Shown one piece after another: positions 27,933 to 36,831 of a stretch of DNA of 38,612 bases. The stretch covers positions 1-38,612 of the forward strand of contig JACQTT010000083.1 in NCBI GenBank assembly GCA_016210665.1. Reading direction: 5' to 3'. Within the stretch, counting starts at the first letter, position 1. Every line of letters begins with the position of its first letter. Under the pieces are notes generated by a model. The model did not search any database, was not told where the DNA came from, and worked only from the letters and a program-made list of their open reading frames with translations. This stretch comes from Chloroflexota bacterium. GTDB lineage: Bacteria > Chloroflexota > Dehalococcoidia > Lucifugimonadales > JACQTT01. The translations under genes were made by a program, and so were the position numbers.

Positions 27933-28724
27933 ATGAACGATCCCTTAGTTATTGCCGGCAAGGAGTTCAGGTCCAGGCTCATTTTAGGCACTGGTAAGTA
28001 TCGCTCTATGGAGGAGATGGTCGAGGCTATTGAGGCCTCGGGGGCCGAGATAATTACCGTGGCTATCCGTCGCCTCGACCTCGATGACCCCTCCAAAAAG
28101 ACCCTTCTGGATTACATAGACTGGGACAGATATACCATGCTTCCAAACACAGCCGGCTGCCGTACAGTAGAGGAGTCCCTATTCACATCTCGCTTGGCCA
28201 GAGAGGTCACAGGCTCCAACTGGTTGAAACTTGAGGTAATCCCCGATCCCAACTACCTTCTTCCAGACCCCATAGGCACCTTTGAAGCCGCCCGCCGCCT
28301 TTTAGACGAGGGATTTGTAGTTCTTCCCTATATTCACGCCGACCCCATTTTGGCCAGGAAGCTGGAAGAGATCGGGTGCGCCACTGTCATGCCCCTGGGC
28401 TCGCCCATAGGCTCTGGTCAGGGGATCCTTACGGCCGACGAGATCAGGATAATCATATCCGAGGCCCATGTACCCGTAGTGGTGGACGCAGGATTAGGAG
28501 TGCCCTCAGAGGCGGCCATGGCTTTAGAGATGGGCGCCGATGCCGTACTGGTGAACACCGCCATAGCCCAGGCCAAAGATCCTGCCTTGATGGCCCAGGC
28601 CTTCCGCCAGGGGGTCGAGGCAGGGCGCAAAGCATACAACGCTGGACGCATACCTAGAAGGCAGCACGCCAGCGCCAGCAGCCCCCTTGAAGGCATAGCC
28701 CGCTCAACGGGGACCACAGGCTAG
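27933..28724 (+). CDS. thiG: Thiazole synthase
   Basis: [40 protein letters not shown]. Start at ATG 27933 (AAGGAG SD); the 27846 start lies in the riboswitch leader. Confidence 0.97.
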   Translation: MNDPLVIAGKEFRSRLILGTGKYRSMEEMVEAIEASGAEIITVAIRRLDLDDPSKKTLLDYIDWDRYTMLPNTAGCRTVEESLFTSRLAREVTGSNWLKLEVIPDPNYLLPDPIGTFEAARRLLDEGFVVLPYIHADPILARKLEEIGCATVMPLGSPIGSGQGILTADEIRIIISEAHVPVVVDAGLGVPSEAAMALEMGADAVLVNTAIAQAKDPALMAQAFRQGVEAGRKAYNAGRIPRRQHASASSPLEGIARSTGTTG

Positions 28725-28731
28725 TCAAATT

Positions 28732-29382
28732 ATGGCCGCCTTTCCTGTTCCCTGCCTTTGCATGGTCACCGACCGCCATCATTACAGAGGTATATCCTTG
28801 GAAGAGGTGGTTTCCCTGGCTGTAGAAGGGGAGGTAAACCTGGTGCAGCTTCGAGAGAAAGACATGGCATCGGGGCGCTTGCTAAGGCTGGCGCACAGTC
28901 TAAAAAAGATTACGCAAGGCAAGGCTCTCCTCTTCGTAAATGACCGGGTGGATGTGGCCCTGGCCTGCGGTGCCGATGGAGTACAACTCGGTGAAGAGGC
29001 ATTACCCGTGTCGGCAGTCAGGCATCTGGCCGGAGAGGGATTGATCATTGGAAGGTCTGTCCACAGCGTTGAAGGGGCCGTTAAGGCCCAGGCAGAAGGT
29101 GCTGATTTTCTAATAGTGGGCACCGTATTCCTTTCTCCCTCCCATCCCATAGGGCGAGCCGCGGGCGTCGAGCTCCTCGCCTCGGTAGCCCAGCGGGTCA
29201 GCATACCCTTCCTGGCTATTGGAGGGATAAAGGAGGATAATATCCATCAGGTGATAGAGGCTGGAGCCTCTGGTGCCGCCATAATCAGCGCTATTTCAAC
29301 CAGCGATGACCCCCGGGCTACGACAAAGGCCCTGGTCCATGAGATGATACGGTCATGGTCAGGCATTAAGATAGCAGGATAG
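28732..29382 (+). CDS. thiE: Thiamine-phosphate synthase
   Basis: VQLREK, VNDRVDVA, GRSVH, AIGGI; operonic with thiG. A TenI-like paralog is not excluded. Confidence 0.88.
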   Translation: MAAFPVPCLCMVTDRHHYRGISLEEVVSLAVEGEVNLVQLREKDMASGRLLRLAHSLKKITQGKALLFVNDRVDVALACGADGVQLGEEALPVSAVRHLAGEGLIIGRSVHSVEGAVKAQAEGADFLIVGTVFLSPSHPIGRAAGVELLASVAQRVSIPFLAIGGIKEDNIHQVIEAGASGAAIISAISTSDDPRATTKALVHEMIRSWSGIKIAG

Positions 29383-29388
29383 CAAGGT

Positions 29389-29592
29389 ATGATCGCTCTG
29401 ACGGTCAACGGCAAGAGACGAGAGCTGGAAGCGCCCATGAGCCTTATCAGCTACCTGCAGTCCCTGGGAGTAAGCCTAAAGTTTATCGCTGTGGCCTATA
29501 ACGGCACAGTGCTGCGGCGAGAGGAGTTCTCTAGCGTCATCCTAGGGGATGGTGACGTGCTAGAGATAGTACGCCCCGTAGGAGGCGGCTAA
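29389..29592 (+). CDS. thiS: Sulfur carrier protein
   Basis: 67 aa, VNG start, C-terminal VGGG. Confidence 0.95.
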   Translation: MIALTVNGKRRELEAPMSLISYLQSLGVSLKFIAVAYNGTVLRREEFSSVILGDGDVLEIVRPVGGG

Positions 29593-29652
29593 GGTGACGC
29601 TAATCCAAGAGCCAAAGGATATCTTCTCCTCAGACAAAAGAAAGAAGGAAGA

Positions 29653-30282
29653 ATGCCAAACCCTTTTATAGAAATGTTTGCGGATGACAAGTTGGCTGAT
29701 AAAGTCAAAACTCGTTTGCCATACCTGTTTCAACTAGCAGAATTGGAGAGTTCAAGAGCAGGTAAAATCGGAATGGAGGTAGGCTCAGTTCGCGAGAGGA
29801 TAGTAATTGCTCTACTTATTTACAGATTTGGTGAACCAAATGTACAAACTGAAATTCCTATCACTGAGCCTGAAGTTGACGCAAGATTATACGGACAACC
29901 AATTTCAATAAAGACGATTACTAGCAAGAGTTTTGGTGGGGTAAAAATTATTTGGACCGTAGATGCACAGAAGGCCCTACAATTCCAAGAAAATTATTAT
30001 CCTCATTCTGATATGTTGCTTGTTCAAGTCAATTGGAATGGCATGGGAGGGTTTTATTACATCCCCATGCAGACTCAGCAGAGGCTGTTTAATAGAATAG
30101 GCAGACTAAATTATATTAAGCTTCCCAAACCAGGAACAAATCCCAGAGGTGTTGAAATTACTGGACAGGCGTTATCGAGTTTAGTAAAAGATACCGATTC
30201 TAAGAGTATTGTAATAAACTGGAACAGAACTAAAATAGATTTTGACCCACTTAAGAGATGGGTTGAGCTCTGGCGGGAGTAA
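29653..30282 (+). CDS. Type II restriction endonuclease, ThaI-like
   Basis: GMEVGSVRERI, PD-(D/E)xK-like EPEVD...ISIK, GTNPRGVE recalled as ThaI family; visibly AT-richer than its neighbours; adjacent to an MTase. Confidence 0.8.
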   Translation: MPNPFIEMFADDKLADKVKTRLPYLFQLAELESSRAGKIGMEVGSVRERIVIALLIYRFGEPNVQTEIPITEPEVDARLYGQPISIKTITSKSFGGVKIIWTVDAQKALQFQENYYPHSDMLLVQVNWNGMGGFYYIPMQTQQRLFNRIGRLNYIKLPKPGTNPRGVEITGQALSSLVKDTDSKSIVINWNRTKIDFDPLKRWVELWRE

Positions 30283-30285
30283 TAA

Positions 30286-31197
30286 ATGGCTTGGTCACAA
30301 CGACGACAGGGCACTAAAACCAGTGCCTTCGGCTCTCCTGGAAGAATCAACCACGACTCCACATCCTTCTACGCTAGCAGGTTATACGATGGATTGCCTA
30401 AGGAGAAGATAGTTAAGTACTTGGAAAACGCCATCCCTCCACAATCCTTAGATAGAATTTTCTGCAAAACGAGTGAGAGGATGGAGGAACTGCCGGATGA
30501 TAGTGTTCATCTGATGGTTACCTCACCGCCTTACAACGTAGGAAAAGTATATGACGAGAATCTCACTCTGGAAGGGTACAGGTCGTTTTTGAAGAGGGTA
30601 TGGCAAGAAGTTGAAAGGGTTCTTGTGCCCGGCGGAAGAGCGTGCATCAATATCGCAAATCTCGGCAGGAAGCCATATATTCCCCTGCACGCATTCATAG
30701 TCGAAGACATGCTCAATCTGGGGTTTCTTATGAGGGGTGAAATCATCTGGAATAAGGCATCCAGCGGCAGCCCTTCCACCGCCTGGGGTAGCTGGCTTTC
30801 CGCCAGAAATCCAACTCTGAGGGACGTTCACGAATACATCCTGGTCTTTTCCAAGGGGATGTTTACAAGAGGTACAATAGAGCGAAAAAACACCATGTCT
30901 AAAGAAGAGTTCCTGGAATTCACCAAAAGCGTATGGACCTTCTCGGCAGAGTCTGCAACCAAGATTGGGCATCCCGCACCTTTTCCTGTAGAGCTACCTT
31001 ACAGGTTGATTCAACTCTATACCTTTGAGGGCGAGGTGGTTCTGGATCCCTTCATAGGGAGTGGACAGATGGCATTGGCAGCAATGAAAACCAAACGCCA
31101 CTATGTGGGATATGATATAAGTCCTGAGTACGTGAGCTTGGCAGAAAAACGAATTCATAACTTTGTTTCAGCACCCCACAGCAACCCGTTGTTTTAG
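30286..31197 (+). CDS. Beta-class amino DNA methyltransferase (probably N4-cytosine)
   Basis: Motif IV TSPPY near the N-terminus, HPAPFP, motif I VLDPFIGSG near the C-terminus; 3 nt after the REase stop. Confidence 0.92.
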   Translation: MAWSQRRQGTKTSAFGSPGRINHDSTSFYASRLYDGLPKEKIVKYLENAIPPQSLDRIFCKTSERMEELPDDSVHLMVTSPPYNVGKVYDENLTLEGYRSFLKRVWQEVERVLVPGGRACINIANLGRKPYIPLHAFIVEDMLNLGFLMRGEIIWNKASSGSPSTAWGSWLSARNPTLRDVHEYILVFSKGMFTRGTIERKNTMSKEEFLEFTKSVWTFSAESATKIGHPAPFPVELPYRLIQLYTFEGEVVLDPFIGSGQMALAAMKTKRHYVGYDISPEYVSLAEKRIHNFVSAPHSNPLF

Positions 31198-31297
31198 TCT
31201 TCTGCAGAAACCTCTTGTAATCTCTCTACAAGCCTTTGGGGCTTAGCTGGATAGGGCTCGTTGGTTGTAGTATGGAAATCGGCTCACTACCAAGTAA

Positions 31298-31306
31298 TGC
31301 TATAAT
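31298..31306 (+). promoter_or_regulatory. Extended -10 promoter upstream of the DipZ-like gene
   Basis: Perfect TG-C-TATAAT. Confidence 0.55.
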
Positions 31307-31489
31307 AGCTTAAATTATGCTAAGTAACTTCTCTTCCACTAATTCGCTGATCTGCACAGAAGCATTGCCCGTAACTTATTGTAGAAGACTGGCGTAAAGA
31401 GCTTGCAGGCCCCCATTGAGTACCACCTTATCTCGTAGTGTGAGAAGTAGAGTCGTTACGTGAGGATTCCGTGGACTGAAAGGCTGTTT

Positions 31490-32680
31490 ATGAATAGTCG
31501 CAGTAGGCTTGCCTTTATTGCCCTGGCGCTTGTAATAGGAGCGGTCATAGTCTCTCTTGGCGGTTGCCAAAAGACAGCCCCAACACCAGCGACCGAGAGC
31601 ACGCCGCCCACTCAAACCTCTCCGCCTGCCAGAACCACTAATGCCGGAGGGGATCCAAAGGCTCCTGAATTGCAGGGCATCGCCAGTTGGATAAACAGCG
31701 ACTCCTTGACCCTGTCGGGTCTGCATGGCAAGGTGGTGCTCATAGACTTCTGGACATATACGTGTGTGAACTGCATTCGTACCCTTCCATATCTTAAAGA
31801 GTGGCACCGCAAATATGCCGACAAAGGGCTACAGATAATTGGCGTCCACACCCCAGAGTTCGACTTCGAAAAGAATCGGGAGAATGTGGTTAACGCCATG
31901 AAGGAAAACGGTCTCCAATATCCCGTGGCCCAGGACAACGACTACAAGACGTGGAACGCCTTTCAAAACCGCTTCTGGCCGGCCAAGTATCTCATAGACA
32001 AGGATGGATTCATACGCTATCGTCACTTCGGCGAAGGCTATTACGACGAGACAGAGAGAAAGATAAGGGAGCTTCTGCAAGAGATCGGCGCCGACCTTAC
32101 GAGCATAACGCCTGGCCTGGATCCAGGCCCGACATTCGATCCCAGGGCGCGCTCTCAGGTTACCGAGACTCAACTTACTCGTGAGATTTACGGGGGATAC
32201 AAGAGAAACTACAGCTCCTCTGGTACATACGTTGCTCACAGAGAGTATTACGAGGGCCAGGATAGAAGCATATCCTATACAGACCCCGGAGAGCATCTGA
32301 ACCATTTCATCTATCTCCAGGGCTTGTGGAGAAATGGCTATGAGAGCCTGATCCACGCTCGGGAGACGGAAAACTTCGAGGACTACATTGCCTTAAAGTT
32401 CAATGCTACTAGCGTCAACGCAGTCATAAGCCCTGAAGAAACCTCTTCTCCCTTCCGGCTAATACTTACCATGGACGACAGGTCACTAAAAGACGAGGAG
32501 ATAGGAGACGATGTTCAATTTGACGAGTTTGGTCGGAGCTACGTCCTTATTACGGAACCTCGGATGTACATGTTAGTAAAACTACCGACTTATGCCAGGC
32601 ACGAACTAAAGCTAAGGGTCAACTCCAATGCCTTCGCCCTGTTCGCCTTCACCTTCGGCGCCTACTCTACAGGACCTTAG
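31490..32680 (+). CDS. DipZ-like thioredoxin-fold lipoprotein (TlpA domain + DipZ C-terminal domain, no CcdA domain)
   Basis: Signal peptide with lipobox LGGC, P/T-rich linker, [32 protein letters not shown]-terminal FAFTFG. ATG 31490 preferred over GTG 31460. Confidence 0.88.
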   Translation: MNSRSRLAFIALALVIGAVIVSLGGCQKTAPTPATESTPPTQTSPPARTTNAGGDPKAPELQGIASWINSDSLTLSGLHGKVVLIDFWTYTCVNCIRTLPYLKEWHRKYADKGLQIIGVHTPEFDFEKNRENVVNAMKENGLQYPVAQDNDYKTWNAFQNRFWPAKYLIDKDGFIRYRHFGEGYYDETERKIRELLQEIGADLTSITPGLDPGPTFDPRARSQVTETQLTREIYGGYKRNYSSSGTYVAHREYYEGQDRSISYTDPGEHLNHFIYLQGLWRNGYESLIHARETENFEDYIALKFNATSVNAVISPEETSSPFRLILTMDDRSLKDEEIGDDVQFDEFGRSYVLITEPRMYMLVKLPTYARHELKLRVNSNAFALFAFTFGAYSTGP

Positions 32681-32816
32681 TAATAACAATGATTTCGATT
32701 CAGCGTAGCTTCTCCGCTACTCCTAGGAGTTTATTAACTGTGAGCCTAGTGTGGTGAATCAGGAAACAGGTGCAAAATGTCTTTCCTACGAAAATGTGTG
32801 CTCTGGAAGGTCGCTT

Positions 32817-32938
32817 TTGTCATTGCGAGGAGGCGGTAGCCGACGAAGTCCCGATGAAATCGGGAGAGGGGAGTTGCAACCCTGCCCGCTTGCCCCCAGA
32901 TTGCCACGCACCGATTGCATCAGGGCTCGCAATGACAA
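32817..32938. repeat. REP/RPE-like palindromic element
   Basis: Perfect 13-bp terminal IR ttgtcattgcgag / ctcgcaatgacaa; internal tcccgat-gaa-atcggga. Confidence 0.85.
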
Positions 32939-32982
32939 TCTGGGACGGCCATTTTCATCTTTCCCAGTGCTGGATGCCAGCA

Positions 32983-33092
32983 TGACAGTTTCTGAGTACC
33001 GATGTGTCGGAACGAAGAATCTGAAGAGGCGGCCTCCGCCCACCAGATTCTTCACGGAGTTTATCCTGAGGAACGAAGGGTTCAGCATGACA
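32983..33092. repeat. Second, degenerate REP-like element
   Basis: gaagaatctg / cagattcttc 10-bp IR (33014-33023, 33044-33053) encloses ggcgg-cct-ccgcc; ends ...ttcagcatgaca. Confidence 0.7.
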
Positions 33093-33171
33093 ACTCAGCA
33101 TTGCAGACTAAATGAGCGAATCTCTGACTCAGGACACTAGGGATGAATCCACATATCTACCAGGTTAGAGC

Positions 33172-34179
33172 ATGAAGGGTATCTTAATCATAGGCTGGCT
33201 TATCTTCCTAGTAATCATGCTAGGAGCCTGCTCGGCGGATAAACCTGACCTTCAAACTAGCGCCGAGGTTTTATCCAGGGATGTTTCTCAGACTAGCGAT
33301 CTGACGGGAATTCTTGCCACTACAGACCTGAGCGTCGGCACTCAAAGGGTATCCTTCCTGCTAACATCCCCTAGTGGCCTGATCAAGGTTCCCCAGTTGG
33401 AAGTTTCTGCTGTCTTCTATCCTGATGACAGCTCTTCAGGCTCGACACGCGCAACCAACAGAGCGCTCTTTTATCTCTGGCCTTATGCTACCCGGGGCAC
33501 CTACGTTACCCAGCTATCCCTTGACCAGCCGGGTGATTGGGAGCTGACGATTGAGGTTCCGAGGGAAGAGGGAGCGGTAGGACGAACCAGTATTCCCCTT
33601 CGAGTAAGAGAGAGGAGTGTAACTCCACCTATTGGATCCCGGGTGCCCTTGAGCAAGAACAAAACCCTGCACGATGTCGCCAATCTGAGGGAGCTTAGCA
33701 GTGCCTCTTCTCCAGACCCAGACATGTATAGGTTGACCATAGCCGAGGCTGTGGAAAGCCGCAAACCGTTGATGGTAGTCTTCTCTAGCCCTGCTTTCTG
33801 CACAACTCCCACCTGTGGGCCTCAACTAGAGGAGGTGCAGAGTTTGAAGGACCGATACAGGGATAGGGCTAGCTTTATTCACGTGGAGGTCTATGACAAC
33901 GTAGAGGAGGTTCAGGAACGAGGGCTGGGTAGCGGACGATATGCAAAGTCGGTCCTGGATTGGCACCTGCCAGATATCGAGTCATACCTGAACGAGTCAT
34001 GGGTTTTCGTAGTGGATGCCAACGGACGTCTCGCCGCCAAGTTTCAGGGGTTTGCCGCGGCGAAGGAGTTGGAGGAGGCCCTCGATGAAGTGCTGAGCAG
34101 TCCTTCTGCTAAAAGTGCTTCAATGCTGCAGGGAAGAGAACAACCTTGGTCAAACCCTTGGCAAAAGCAAGCTGGATAA
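33172..34179 (+). CDS. Lipoprotein with C-terminal thioredoxin-like domain (CX4C)
   Basis: Lipobox LGAC; beta-rich middle; KPLMVVFSSPAFCTTPTCGP, FIHVEVY, WVFVVDANG. Confidence 0.75.
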   Translation: MKGILIIGWLIFLVIMLGACSADKPDLQTSAEVLSRDVSQTSDLTGILATTDLSVGTQRVSFLLTSPSGLIKVPQLEVSAVFYPDDSSSGSTRATNRALFYLWPYATRGTYVTQLSLDQPGDWELTIEVPREEGAVGRTSIPLRVRERSVTPPIGSRVPLSKNKTLHDVANLRELSSASSPDPDMYRLTIAEAVESRKPLMVVFSSPAFCTTPTCGPQLEEVQSLKDRYRDRASFIHVEVYDNVEEVQERGLGSGRYAKSVLDWHLPDIESYLNESWVFVVDANGRLAAKFQGFAAAKELEEALDEVLSSPSAKSASMLQGREQPWSNPWQKQAG

Positions 34180-34191
34180 TTGACAATAAGG

Positions 34192-36636
34192 CTACTCTTC
34201 CGACTCCTTTTCCGGTTGCTCTTTCCTTCCCCTTCTCGTGCCGAATTCTCTGGCCTTTCTCGACAGCTCCTTAAGACGTCGTTCTACCAAATAATGGACT
34301 GTGCCCTTTTCATAAGTGCCATCATCTTTTTGGGTACCAGCGGGCACTCCCGTTAGAATCTCTATGCCCTCGTCAATGGTGGATACCGCCCAAATATGAA
34401 ACTTGCCGTCTTTAACGGCCTTCACCACCTCTTCTTTTAGCACCAGGTTCTTCAGGTTGTCTCTAGGTATCATTACTCCTTGACTGCCCGTCAGCCCCTG
34501 AGCCTTGCAAACGTCGAAAAATCCCTCAATCTTTGCAGTAGCGCCGCCTATCGCCTGGACCTCTCCTGTCTGATTCACCGATCCGGTAACAGCGATACCC
34601 TGACTTATAGGTAGCCCCGAAAGGCTAGACAGAAGGACGTAGAGCTCAGTAGAGGAGGCGCTATCGCCGTCTATTTCACTGTAGGTCTGCTCAAAGCCTA
34701 TGCTTGCGGCCAGAGACAGTGGCCTGTCCTGACCGTACTTACCGTTAACATATCCGGTCAAAATTAGGAAGCCTTTATTGTGAATTCGGCCGCTCAATTG
34801 GGTCTCGCGTTCCACATTAACCACCTGCCCCCGACCTAGCGAAACTCGTGCGGTAATTCTACTTGGTTTCCCAAAGGCGTAATCTCCCAGGGAGATGACG
34901 CTAAGGCCATTTACCTGACCTGACGTCTCACCCTTCGTGTCGATGTGGATAATTCTGTCTTCAATGAACTCCTGGAGTTTCTCTTCCGTCAGGTTGGAGC
35001 GATAGATACGCTGGTCTATAGCCTTCTTCACATGCTTATCCAACACAAAGGAACTGGCTCCGTCCTGTCCCGCCCAGTAGTTTGCCTCGACGATAATATC
35101 TACTACATCCATAAAACGTGTGGTTAGCTTATCTTGGTGCTCGACTAGCTGGCTGGAGTAATCTATGACCTGAGCTACAGCACTCTTGTGGAAGGGTTTC
35201 AGACCTCCCTCACGGCACTGTCTTTCAACAAAGGAGGCGTATTTCAACATGTTCTCCGGCGTACGTTCCATGGAAAGGTCAAAGTCTGCTTTGACCTTGA
35301 AATACTTCCGGAAGTCCTCATCGTAGATCTGAAGCATCTGAAACAGTTGGGGGTTTCCTACCATGACAATCTTGGTGTCAATGGGAATAGGCTCTGGTCG
35401 CAGTGTTATCGTAGGAAAGGGGCTGTATTGCTCCCCGATATTCTCAATTTGGACTTGACGGCTTCTCAAGGCACGTTTAAGCGTATCCCAGGCAAGGGGA
35501 CTCGAGAGTAGGTCCCGTGCCTGTAATACTAAGTATCCTCCATTTGCCTTATGAATAGCTCCAGGCTTGATCATCGTCAGGTCTGTGACCATAGCTGCAA
35601 GACGAGGATGGTAGTCTATTCTTCCGAAGAGGTTGTAGTAAGTAGGACTGTATTCAAAAACTATGGGTGCTTCCTCGCAGGCGGTATTATCTACTAAAGG
35701 GTTGACACGGTATCTGATAAAGGGATCGACATCCGCGGGCGCAGGCAACATATTAAGAGTGCTGGGCTGGGACGGCTCTTCTTTAGCCTTGAACATATCT
35801 ACGTTCTCAACTATGTCCTGCTCCACTCCCTCCAAGTAGCCTATAACCTTGGCGTGGCGGGAATATTTTTCCTTCAGCTCGCGGATTAGAGGATCCACAG
35901 TAAAGCGAGCTACCTCTTTAGTGACGCCACGAGCACGCTGGACAGCCTCCTTGTCCAGTCGTCTCATATCAGTTAGCCTAAGGGCAATTAAGTGCTGTAA
36001 TCGCTCCCCCTTCTCTCTGAGCAGATTCCTTTCCTCTTCTTCTAGTTTGGCGTATTCTTCGCGACCAATAGGCTGGTCATCCTTCACCGGAATTGGCAAT
36101 ATGCCTGCCGGGGTCAGATTCAGAGCAAACCCCTCCTTGCGGGCCTCCGCTTCCAGCTCCTCGCCAATGGACTGCTTCTGGGACTCGATGTCCTGCACGG
36201 CCTCTGTGACCCGCCCCTGGTAGCTCTCGCCTTCGAAGGCTCTGGGAATCTCCCTTTTGCATGTCTCTATGAGTTCGCTCATATCCCGGACCAACTCTTG
36301 GGTCATGCCACAAGGAAGGCTTATGGCCATAGGCCTGGAAGGGTCAAGAAAATTGTATACGTAGCACCAGTCGGGAGGGACCGGTTTATCCCTTGCGGCA
36401 CGCTCCAGATATGCTTTCAGCGTTGTATTTCTCCCTGTACCCGTCAAGCCTGAGACGAAGACGTTAAACCCCGTCGCTCCTATGCCTAGGCCAAACTCCA
36501 AGGCGCTCACAGCCCGCTCCTGCCCTATGGTTCCTTCCAGAGGAGCCACCTCATTGGTGGTCTCAAATCCCAGGTCGTCGGGGTTGCACACTTTTCTGAG
36601 GAGATCTGAGGAAACCTCTAAGAAGTCTCTGCTCAT
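34192..36636 (-). CDS. Lon-like protease, LonC/AAA_32 type
   Basis: IGQERA, degenerate Walker A GLTGTGRNT, GAIHKANGGYL, catalytic DGDSAS (Ser) and AKIEGF (Lys). Confidence 0.92.
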   Translation of the reverse strand: MSRDFLEVSSDLLRKVCNPDDLGFETTNEVAPLEGTIGQERAVSALEFGLGIGATGFNVFVSGLTGTGRNTTLKAYLERAARDKPVPPDWCYVYNFLDPSRPMAISLPCGMTQELVRDMSELIETCKREIPRAFEGESYQGRVTEAVQDIESQKQSIGEELEAEARKEGFALNLTPAGILPIPVKDDQPIGREEYAKLEEEERNLLREKGERLQHLIALRLTDMRRLDKEAVQRARGVTKEVARFTVDPLIRELKEKYSRHAKVIGYLEGVEQDIVENVDMFKAKEEPSQPSTLNMLPAPADVDPFIRYRVNPLVDNTACEEAPIVFEYSPTYYNLFGRIDYHPRLAAMVTDLTMIKPGAIHKANGGYLVLQARDLLSSPLAWDTLKRALRSRQVQIENIGEQYSPFPTITLRPEPIPIDTKIVMVGNPQLFQMLQIYDEDFRKYFKVKADFDLSMERTPENMLKYASFVERQCREGGLKPFHKSAVAQVIDYSSQLVEHQDKLTTRFMDVVDIIVEANYWAGQDGASSFVLDKHVKKAIDQRIYRSNLTEEKLQEFIEDRIIHIDTKGETSGQVNGLSVISLGDYAFGKPSRITARVSLGRGQVVNVERETQLSGRIHNKGFLILTGYVNGKYGQDRPLSLAASIGFEQTYSEIDGDSASSTELYVLLSSLSGLPISQGIAVTGSVNQTGEVQAIGGATAKIEGFFDVCKAQGLTGSQGVMIPRDNLKNLVLKEEVVKAVKDGKFHIWAVSTIDEGIEILTGVPAGTQKDDGTYEKGTVHYLVERRLKELSRKAREFGTRRGRKEQPEKESEE

Positions 36637-36831
36637 CTATTTACCCCCTTATATAGATTTGTGAACAGAATCGTTTCGAGACCAAAGGCCAATGTGTCAG
36701 ACCTAATCATAAAATCCCTGAGAATTCTATCTAAGATTGACACTTACCTTTGGGAATCGCTCACCTCGGAACGTACCGTTCAAGGGACCTTGAATATATC
36801 GCATGGGTGCATGAGTGCAGCTGACATAACC

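Larger units (their letters stand above)
32746..33140. mobile_element. IS630-like MITE/remnant carrying REP-like palindromes
   Basis: Both ends are CTAG. Imperfect TIRs: ctagtgtggtgaatcag versus the reverse complement of the right end, ctagtgtcctgagtcag (14/17). Right end translates ...RISDSGH-stop. Confidence 0.6.

Noticed and set aside
32751-33140. 129-aa ORF as a real gene
   Set aside because: Made of palindromic repeat DNA; only its last codons are informative as a possible IS-end relic.
36420-36450. Lys-to-Arg Walker A in the Lon-like protease as a novelty
   Set aside because: A degenerate ATPase module is an established property of LonC-type proteases.
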